Source: Terracidiphilus sp. (GTDB lineage Bacteria > Acidobacteriota > Terriglobia > Terriglobales > Acidobacteriaceae). From it: a stretch of DNA of 64,000 bases. Of this stretch, positions 17,776 through 25,052 are shown piece by piece; the stretch's first letter is position 1, and each line of letters begins with the position of its first letter. The stretch covers positions 16,641 to 80,640 of the forward strand of contig DASZRQ010000143.1 of assembly GCA_035549115.1 (NCBI GenBank). The letters are read 5' to 3'. The notes below the pieces were generated by a model that was not told the origin of the DNA, ran no database searches, and saw nothing but the letters and a program-made list of their open reading frames with translations. The position numbers and the translations under genes are program-made.

Positions 17776-18243
17776 ATGGACGTCCCGATGGAGGTTCTTA
17801 GTTTGGACTCGAAGAAATGGACCACGGTGAGTTGGGCCAGCATGCTCATCGCGCTTGCACAGAATCTCTGTACGGCCGTTCTGACCATCAGCGGCATCCG
17901 TGTCGCCATCGGCCTTTCCGCGCTGGCGGCTGCCGGCGGCACCTATGCACCGGCGCGCGGCTTTCATCAGGATGCCATCCGCATTCCTATGCTGATCATC
18001 GCCGCTGCGGGCGCGATCATCAATCTCGCCGTGCTCTTCTGGATCTGGCATCTGCGCTCGAGGCCCTCGGCGCAGTGGCGCAAGCGCGAGTTGAGCGCGA
18101 AGGAAAAGCGCTCCGAGCGGCTTCAGGTGGTGCTCGCCATCGTCACGCTGATTCTCGTCGGCCTTGAGACCTGGACGCATCCCATGGTGCATCGCAAGCC
18201 TCCTGTGCCGCTCCATGCGGTCACGCACTCCAGCGCGACTTAG
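17776..18243 (+). CDS. Hypothetical 3-TM membrane protein
   Basis: Three hydrophobic segments, a Cys in the first (QNLCTAV), several His; GC3-rich codon usage; converges on the anti-sigma gene. Confidence 0.75.
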   Translation: MDVPMEVLSLDSKKWTTVSWASMLIALAQNLCTAVLTISGIRVAIGLSALAAAGGTYAPARGFHQDAIRIPMLIIAAAGAIINLAVLFWIWHLRSRPSAQWRKRELSAKEKRSERLQVVLAIVTLILVGLETWTHPMVHRKPPVPLHAVTHSSAT

Positions 18244-18515
18244 CCCGCGCCGTCCTCGCGAGCACTGCCGGGGCCGCTTCCCTCTTCGATCTCTTTGTCG
18301 ATGCGTGCATGCAGCCGCTCGCTGTATCCGGCGGGCAGTTCGAAGACGCGCTCGTCTGCGACCAGGATTACCACGTTGCGCGTCGAGTCCAGCACCGCCG
18401 AGCAGATTTCGCAGGTCTCCAGGTGCTTGTCGATTTCGGCGCGCAGCACCGGGTCCACCTCGCCCTCGATATAGGCCGAGATGTACTCCCACACGTGTTT
18501 GCAGTCGATCCTCAT
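18240..18515 (-). CDS. Zinc-binding anti-sigma factor (zf-HC2/ZAS)
   Basis: CKHVWEYISAYIEGE...HLETCEIC (HxxxCxxC); ATGA-coupled to the upstream ECF sigma gene. Confidence 0.92.
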   Translation of the reverse strand: MRIDCKHVWEYISAYIEGEVDPVLRAEIDKHLETCEICSAVLDSTRNVVILVADERVFELPAGYSERLHARIDKEIEEGSGPGSAREDGAG

Positions 18516-19141
18516 GCGCGCCCTCCGAACCAGCCTTTGCGCTTGGGCGCAAACGCTTTCAGTTGCGGAGCCAGCTCCCGTTGCAGCATCGCGCGAGCAC
18601 GGTGCAGCCGCACCTTGACAGCCCCTTCGCTGATGCCCAGGGCGCCCGCCGTCTCGCGGATATCCAACTCTTCGATGTCTCTGAGAAGAACAATGTTACG
18701 GTAAATCTCCGGCAGCTTCTCGATCGCCTGCCGCAGCAGAGCCGCAAGCTCCTTCTGCTCCAGCGCCGCCGAGGGCACCTCGCGCCAGCTCATCAGGATC
18801 GCGGGCGTGTAGTCTCCGGTCTGCTCGTCGGTCTCCGCGTCCAGAGAGTCTTCGCGCCGCGAGGCCGTCTTGCGCAACCGTCCCAGCCCTTCGTTGCGTG
18901 CGATGGAGAGTACCCAGGTCCGGAACTGCGCATCGCCGCGAAAGAGATGCAGGTTGCGATAGACCTTGATGACCGTTTCCTGCGCCGCATCCTCCGCCTC
19001 AGTTTCGTTGCGCAAAATCGAGTAGAGGAGCAGATAGATCGGCCGCTCGCAGGGAGCAATCAATGGATGAAAGAGATGCTTCTCCCCCGCAAGGATTCTG
19101 CGGATACAGTCGGCTTCGTATTGGGGAGAGGGATTCGTCAT
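18512..19141 (-). CDS. ECF RNA polymerase sigma factor
   Basis: EAEDAAQETVIKVYRNLHLFRGDAQFRTWVLSIARN (region 2); LPEIYRNIVLLRDIEELDIRETAGALGISEGAVKVRLHRAR (region 4). Start re-picked at ATG 19141. Confidence 0.95.
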   Translation of the reverse strand: MTNPSPQYEADCIRRILAGEKHLFHPLIAPCERPIYLLLYSILRNETEAEDAAQETVIKVYRNLHLFRGDAQFRTWVLSIARNEGLGRLRKTASRREDSLDAETDEQTGDYTPAILMSWREVPSAALEQKELAALLRQAIEKLPEIYRNIVLLRDIEELDIRETAGALGISEGAVKVRLHRARAMLQRELAPQLKAFAPKRKGWFGGRA

Positions 19142-19327
19142 CGATGGCGCGCGCTGCCTCGCTGGACTGCGGCAATGCCCTTCGCCACTATAACTTGCCA
19201 TGCGGCGCTTTACGGTAACTTGGCCAGTCTCAGAAAAACCCGCTCCGGCAAAACTTTGCCCGGCGTCATGGATTCCTTATATCGAAAATGTCCAATGGGC
19301 TGTACAATCACATCCACGAGGAAACCC

Positions 19328-19657
19328 ATGGCGGGAGATATTCAACTTACTTGCAGCGATTGCGGGCAGGACTTCACCTTCACGGCTGCCGATCAGGCGT
19401 TCTTCCAGGAACGCGGTTATTCGACTCCGAAACGCTGCAAGCCATGCCGTATGGCAAAGAAAGCCGATCAGGGGGGCTCCGGTTATCGTTCTGCTCCTGC
19501 GCAAGGGACGCCTGTGATCTGCTCCAACTGCGGACAGCCGACAACGGTTCCATTTGAACCGCGCGGCGACCGCCCGGTATATTGCCGCGACTGCTACCAG
19601 GCACGCAAAGGCAGCGGTGGTGGCGGCGGCCGGGCGCGCGGCGGCGGGCACTACTAA
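19328..19657 (+). CDS. Double zinc-ribbon protein (zf-trcl-like plus CxxC-x17-CxxC) with Gly/Arg-rich tail
   Basis: GAGG SD before ATG 19328; CSDC...F.FT..DQAFF..RGY..PKRCKPC and CSNC-x17-CRDC; only the last 109 aa of track ORF 18164-19657. Confidence 0.88.
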   Translation: MAGDIQLTCSDCGQDFTFTAADQAFFQERGYSTPKRCKPCRMAKKADQGGSGYRSAPAQGTPVICSNCGQPTTVPFEPRGDRPVYCRDCYQARKGSGGGGGRARGGGHY

Positions 19658-19961
19658 AATCTGGCCAAAAGCTAGGCGGCCAGACCGCTTACAGGATATT
19701 GCCGCGCACGAATTGAAACGTTGTATTTCTTTCGTCACCCTCAATCCTGCGTCTGCGTTCTTGACTGTTCGCCGGCCCGCCAATCGCACGCGAAATCGAT
19801 TGAGTTCGGACCTTCAGAGCCTGCTTTTCATCGGCGTGCGCAGTTCTGCTGTTCACCGCTGCGCGAAATCCTCCATGGACACGGCGCGCGGTGAAAGCTA
19901 AACTTGCGTTCACAGACCTCATCCCCGCACCAGGCTCGCTCCGGAACGATTCATATACCTT

Positions 19962-21095
19962 ATGGCCGCTCAACTGACCTTTGCGCGCTTTGCCTGGAAG
20001 AACCTGTGGCGTCGCCGGTTGCGTACCCTGCTCACCCTTGGCGGCATCGGCATGGGCATCGGCGCATTCGTCGGCCTGGTAGGCTTCTCCCGCTCCTTTG
20101 CCCGCGAGTGGCTGCGCATGTACCAGAGCGGCGGCACGGACATTGCCGTCGTCCAGCAGACCTTCCTCAACACCTCGGTCGATGAAGCCGCCGGAGATAC
20201 GCTCCGCAAGCTGCCCACCGTCGCCCGAGCCACGCCCATGATCCTGAACCTGATGGATCTGACGCCGGAGGTGAATGCGCTGGCCTATGGCTGGAAGGCG
20301 GATTCCTTCGAGTTCGACGGCCTGAAGATCGTTGCCGGCCGCAAATTCGAGGATGGCAAACCCGAGGCGCTCCTTGGCGAGTTGATCGCCAGCAGCCTGC
20401 ACAAGCAGCCCGGCGACACCATCGAAATCCAGGGCGAGAAGTTCACCGTCTGCGGCATCTACCACGGCGGCTCGGCGCTTGAGGCCGGTGCGGTCATCCT
20501 GCCCATCGACCAGATGCAGAAGCTCGGCAGCCTGCAGGGCAAAGTCACCGCATTTCACGTGCGCCTCAAACCCCCGCCCCCCGGAGAATCTCCGGAGCAC
20601 TTTCTGGCCCGAGCCCAGCACGAGATCGAAACCGCTCTGCCCGGCCTGCGCGCCGTGCCTGCCGCGGAGCGCGCCAGCAATAATCAGCTCGTCGTCATGG
20701 CGCAGGCCGTGGCCTGGGGCACATCGTCCATCGCGCTGCTCATCGGCATCCTCGGCATCGCCAACACCATGGCCATGTCTGTCTTCGAGCGCACCCGTGA
20801 AATCGGCATTCTGCGCGCGCTGGGCTGGGGCCAGTGGCGCGTCATCTGTCTCATTCAGGCTGAGGCCGCGGTGCTCGGCCTTGCTGGCGGCATGGTCGGC
20901 CTCGCCGCCGGCTGGGCAGCTCTGCGCGTGCTTGCCCGCCTGCCGCAGACAGAAACCATTGTCTCCGCTTCCTTCTCGTGGATGCTGCCCATCGAGGCCC
21001 TGGCTATCGCCGTGCTCGCCGGTCTCGCCGCTGGCGCTCTGCCCGCATGGCGCGGGGCGCATCTCTCCCCGGTGGAGGCGCTGCGCCATGACTGA
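19962..21095 (+). CDS. ABC transporter permease, MacB/FtsX (LolC/E-like) family
   Basis: FAWKNLWRRRLRTLLTLGGI, periplasmic domain, NTMAMSVFERTREIGILRALG, SPVEALRHD. Confidence 0.92.
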   Translation: MAAQLTFARFAWKNLWRRRLRTLLTLGGIGMGIGAFVGLVGFSRSFAREWLRMYQSGGTDIAVVQQTFLNTSVDEAAGDTLRKLPTVARATPMILNLMDLTPEVNALAYGWKADSFEFDGLKIVAGRKFEDGKPEALLGELIASSLHKQPGDTIEIQGEKFTVCGIYHGGSALEAGAVILPIDQMQKLGSLQGKVTAFHVRLKPPPPGESPEHFLARAQHEIETALPGLRAVPAAERASNNQLVVMAQAVAWGTSSIALLIGILGIANTMAMSVFERTREIGILRALGWGQWRVICLIQAEAAVLGLAGGMVGLAAGWAALRVLARLPQTETIVSASFSWMLPIEALAIAVLAGLAAGALPAWRGAHLSPVEALRHD

Positions 21096-21750
21096 GCCGA
21101 TCCTCGAAGTCCGTGGCCTCCGGCGCAGCTACGAAGGCGGACGCATCCAGGCGCTGCGCGGCGTCGATCTCTCCATCGCCGCCGGAGAATACATCGCCAT
21201 CAGCGGCCCCAGCGGCAGCGGCAAATCCACGCTGCTGCAGCTTCTCGGCGGCCTCGACAGCCCCAGCGAGGGCGAGATTCTGCTGCACGGCAAGCCCCTC
21301 GGCAAGGCCATTGGCCTCGATACCTATCGCGCGCAGCATGTCGGCTTCATCTTTCAGGCATTTCACCTCATGCCCACACTCACCGCGCTTGAAAACGTGC
21401 AGGTGCCCATGCTCGGCTGCACCTTCAACGGCTTCAACCGCCTCAAGCGCGCCGAGGAGCTGCTCGGCGTCATGGGCATCGACTACTGCGTGCGCCAGTA
21501 TCCCAATCAGTTGTCCGCTGGAGAACGCCAGCGCGTCGCCATCGCCCGCGCTCTCGCCAACAACCCCGAGATTCTTCTCGCCGACGAGCCCACTGGCAAC
21601 CTCGACAGCGAAAACACCGCGCGCATCATGGACGTGCTCCACAAGCTGCACACCGAGCGCGGCATGACCATGATCATCGTGACCCACGAGAACGAGATCG
21701 CCCAGGCCGCTCCCCGCCACATCCGCATGCGCGACGGGAGAATCGCATGA
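21088..21750 (+). CDS. ABC transporter ATP-binding protein (LolD/MacB-like)
   Basis: GPSGSGKS, LSAGERQR, LLADEPTGNLD, VTHE; ATG 21088 overlaps the permease end. Confidence 0.95.
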   Translation: MTEPILEVRGLRRSYEGGRIQALRGVDLSIAAGEYIAISGPSGSGKSTLLQLLGGLDSPSEGEILLHGKPLGKAIGLDTYRAQHVGFIFQAFHLMPTLTALENVQVPMLGCTFNGFNRLKRAEELLGVMGIDYCVRQYPNQLSAGERQRVAIARALANNPEILLADEPTGNLDSENTARIMDVLHKLHTERGMTMIIVTHENEIAQAAPRHIRMRDGRIA

Positions 21751-22514
21751 GAGGCCTCGCCGTCCTTGCGGCCCTCGCTCTGCTCGTTCCCTGCGCTGTA
21801 CACGCCGTCGAAACGCATACCCCGCTCGACATGGCGCGCGAGCGCGTCAAGACCGCCGATTACCGTGTCACCGGCCGCCTTGTGCATGTGGAAGCCGGCG
21901 GCGCGCGCATCAGCTACGGCGTCGCCCTCAAGGCCCACTGGTTTGGCAGCGAACTGCGCGTCCTGCTCGAAATCACCTCGCCAGCCGCCGCCCGTGAGCG
22001 CATACTGCTGACCATGCACCCTGAGGGGCACGACTCCATCGAAATCGCCAAACCCGGCGCAGGCGCGGCGTCTCTTCCCTTCGCGCGCTGGAGCGACGGC
22101 ATTCTCGGCGGCGACTTCAGCTACGAGGATTTTCTGGAGCCGCAGTTTTTCTGGCCCGTCCAGTCTCTCCTCCGCGAGGAGAAGCGCGGCGCGCGCGACT
22201 GCGACGTCGTCAAAAGCACGCCCGGTGCCGCGGACCGCACCCACTACGCTGAAGAAATCACCTGGCTCGATCGCACCATCGGCTTCCCCATTTACGCGGA
22301 AAAGACGCTGAAGGGTTCCGGCGCCGTCAGGCAGTTCACTTACTACGGCCTGCGCCACGACGGCGGCGTCTGGTCTGCGAACCAGATTGAAGCAGCGGCG
22401 AAGGGCAAGGCAGGCTCGACGCTGCTCATCATCGAGCGTGGCAGCGCTCAGGCGCACCTGACGGCGAAGGACTTCAGCCCGGATGCGCTCACGCACTTCA
22501 ACGGAGGTCAATGA
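21747..22514 (+). CDS. Outer-membrane lipoprotein-sorting protein (LolA-like)
   Basis: Signal peptide; ILGGDFSYEDF, E.RGARDCDVVKSTP, TWLDRTIGFP, KDFSP; ATGA-coupled to the ATPase. Confidence 0.7.
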   Translation: MRGLAVLAALALLVPCAVHAVETHTPLDMARERVKTADYRVTGRLVHVEAGGARISYGVALKAHWFGSELRVLLEITSPAAARERILLTMHPEGHDSIEIAKPGAGAASLPFARWSDGILGGDFSYEDFLEPQFFWPVQSLLREEKRGARDCDVVKSTPGAADRTHYAEEITWLDRTIGFPIYAEKTLKGSGAVRQFTYYGLRHDGGVWSANQIEAAAKGKAGSTLLIIERGSAQAHLTAKDFSPDALTHFNGGQ

Positions 22515-22518
22515 GCCC

Positions 22519-23544
22519 ATGAACCTGATCGATGGATTGGCATGTGGAGCCGCCGCGGGCATACCGGTTGCCGGCATGGTCTACCAGTCGCTCGGCGCAC
22601 GGCGTGACCGCCGCCGTTTTACGGCCGAAGGCCGCTGGGTCGAGATCGGCAAAGGGGAGAAGCTCTTCGTCATCGAGAAAGGTTCGGGCGGGCCCACCGT
22701 GCTCTTCGAGGCGGGCATCGCCGCCACCAACCTCAACTGGTTCCAGATTCAGCAGAGCGTCGCGCAGTTCACCGGCACTGCCTCGTATGACCGTGCCGGA
22801 CTCGGCTGGAGCAGCCCCTGCCGCCGCGCGCGCACGCCGGGCAACATCGCCCGCGAGCTGCACACCATGCTTGAACGCGCCGCCATCCGCCCGCCCTACG
22901 TTCTCGTCGGCCACTCCTTCGGCGGCCTCGTCATGCGCCGCTTCGCGCTGCTTTATCCGGACGAGATCCAGAGCATCGTGCTGGTCGACCCCATGCGCTG
23001 CGACGAGTGGCCCCCGCTCAATCCCGGCAAGCAGGCCCAGGTCAATCGCGGCAAGCGTCTCTCCAGCTATGCCATCCCCATTGCCAGCGTCGGCATCGCC
23101 CGCCTGGCCGTCACTTCGCTCTTCGGCCGCTCCGGCCGCACCAGCCGCTGGCTCACCCAGGTGGGCGGCAACGGCGCACGCCATGTCATGGGCCGCGTCA
23201 CTCAGGAAGTTGGCAAGATGCCGCACGAGGTCTGGCCCGTGGTCGCGGCGCACTGGTCGCGTCCGGCCTTCTATGCGGGCATGCGCAGCCATGTTGCCGC
23301 CGTGCCGGACACGGTGCGCGAGATGCACCAGACCGAGCCGATTCACGGCATCCCTGTGCTGGTGCTCACGCCGGACAAATCCACGCCGCTCTCGGCCCAG
23401 TGCCTCGCGCGCATCGGCGATACTGTCACCCAGGTCATCGTGCCGCGCAGCGCGCACTGGGTGCATCTCGATCAGCCGGAGATGGTCATCGACTCCATCC
23501 GCCAGATGGTCGAGATGCCGCGCGCACAGGCCGCCACCGCTTAA
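22519..23544 (+). CDS. Alpha/beta hydrolase with N-terminal membrane anchor
   Basis: PTVLFEAG, SYDRAGLGWS, VLVGHSFGG (GxSxG), SAHWVHLDQP. Confidence 0.9.
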   Translation: MNLIDGLACGAAAGIPVAGMVYQSLGARRDRRRFTAEGRWVEIGKGEKLFVIEKGSGGPTVLFEAGIAATNLNWFQIQQSVAQFTGTASYDRAGLGWSSPCRRARTPGNIARELHTMLERAAIRPPYVLVGHSFGGLVMRRFALLYPDEIQSIVLVDPMRCDEWPPLNPGKQAQVNRGKRLSSYAIPIASVGIARLAVTSLFGRSGRTSRWLTQVGGNGARHVMGRVTQEVGKMPHEVWPVVAAHWSRPAFYAGMRSHVAAVPDTVREMHQTEPIHGIPVLVLTPDKSTPLSAQCLARIGDTVTQVIVPRSAHWVHLDQPEMVIDSIRQMVEMPRAQAATA

Positions 23545-23547
23545 CGT

Positions 23548-24975
23548 TTAGGGCTTTTCTCCGGGGCCAAACTGTGTCCACGGCCCGGCCTTCATGTCGC
23601 GCAGCACCGGCTTCAGGTAGTCGTACTGCGGATGCGCCGCCAGAAACGGCTTCACCAGGAAATCTTCGCCGCAGGGATGGCCCGCCCGCGCGATCATCTC
23701 CAGATGCTCGGCAAGCACGGAGTCCGTCACCTTGCCGGTCACCGCGCCCTCAGGCGCATACGGCCCCTCATCCCACTCCGGCACGCCCCGCGGATCGCGG
23801 TCCACGTGCCCGCAGAGCGACCGCGAGTCGGCATTCACCTTCCCCGTATAGCTGTCCGTGTGATCGGCCAGAAACATCTCCGCCATCGACACGTCGATAT
23901 GCCCCTTCGACGAGGCCATCTTGTCTTCCCACGTCACGCGCCGCGCGTTCGGTGAACTGGCCAGGTTCGTCGGATCGAAGCCATCCGTCTCGTTCTTGAT
24001 CAGCGCCCGGTCCCGCGCAAAATTCGAGCTGATAAAGTAGCCGTCCTTTGAGCGCCACACCGGCGTGTTCTTCAGGCCCAGCTCCAGGTACGCAATCTCG
24101 CCTGTCCTGCGGTCGCCGATCAGCCAGTCGTTCGCGTAGCCGCCGTTGTTGCCTTCCTTCATCAGGGCAATGTACTCGTCAATCGTGCTCGCATACTGCA
24201 TGGCCTTGCGTGAGCGCACAAACTCGGGAATGCCGTTCGGATTCCACCCCTCGAACTGCGTGATCGTCGTCTCCGTGATCATCAGGCCGGCATCGTTCAT
24301 GCCAAAGTCGTCCTCGCTGGTAATCACGCCCGGCTCGCCGTCCATCACCATGCGGTGCCCGTGCTCCGGCTTGATGTCGAAGATGATCGTCCAGCGCTCG
24401 CCGTCGGCATAGCCTGACCAGTTGCTGTGGCCCATCACAATGCGCCCGTCTTTGGTATAGCTGCCCGTCGCAATAAACGCCGAGCAGCGCCCCTCCGGCC
24501 GAATCGCCGGCGCATTGGCGGCGTGCTCATGCTTGTCGAGCCATGGCACGTAATACTCCGGCAGCTCGATGTCGCCGTTCAGCGCCACAATGTCCCACAC
24601 ATCCAGCTTTACGCCCCGCGACTGTACCCCCTTTGCAATGCCCGCGAGCTCCTGCTGATACTCGGTTTCGATATGTGGCCAGAACATCGTGCGCCCTGCC
24701 TCGCGATAGAACTTCCAGTCGCGGTGCGTCGAGTGCAGCGTCTCGATCTTCGCCACGCGGATCATGTCCGCGATCTCCGGCGCCAGCAGGCGTCCGTGCT
24801 GGTAGCCGATCTCGGCGGGCGAGCCCTCCAGGTGCACATAGGTCCAGCCGCCCCGCTCAAAGCGGTAGGCTGGTCCTTCGCTGGTGACTGTTTTGGGGGC
24901 TTTGGCGCAGGCTGGCAGCGCGCCGGCGGCGAGCAGAAAGCAGGCCAGAAGTGCACGGGAACGTGCAGACACCAT
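23548..24975 (-). CDS. Secreted Ntn-hydrolase, peptidase C45/phospholipase-B-like
   Basis: Signal peptide; LEGSPAEIGYQHG, autocleavage-type GRCSAFIAT, GHSNW, GMNDAGLMITET, NNGGYANDWLIGD. Start 24975 or 25005. Confidence 0.8.
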   Translation of the reverse strand: MVSARSRALLACFLLAAGALPACAKAPKTVTSEGPAYRFERGGWTYVHLEGSPAEIGYQHGRLLAPEIADMIRVAKIETLHSTHRDWKFYREAGRTMFWPHIETEYQQELAGIAKGVQSRGVKLDVWDIVALNGDIELPEYYVPWLDKHEHAANAPAIRPEGRCSAFIATGSYTKDGRIVMGHSNWSGYADGERWTIIFDIKPEHGHRMVMDGEPGVITSEDDFGMNDAGLMITETTITQFEGWNPNGIPEFVRSRKAMQYASTIDEYIALMKEGNNGGYANDWLIGDRRTGEIAYLELGLKNTPVWRSKDGYFISSNFARDRALIKNETDGFDPTNLASSPNARRVTWEDKMASSKGHIDVSMAEMFLADHTDSYTGKVNADSRSLCGHVDRDPRGVPEWDEGPYAPEGAVTGKVTDSVLAEHLEMIARAGHPCGEDFLVKPFLAAHPQYDYLKPVLRDMKAGPWTQFGPGEKP

Positions 24976-25052
24976 CAGAAAAATCCTCCGGATTTCCCTG
25001 AACATATCACGCTGCGGCTCCTTGCGGGAGCCGTCCCTGCGTGATCGGCGCG

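Noticed and set aside
18164-19327. N-terminal 388 codons of track ORF 18164-19657
   Set aside because: Antisense to the sigma and anti-sigma genes; only the part from ATG 19328, which has an SD, looks like a real protein.
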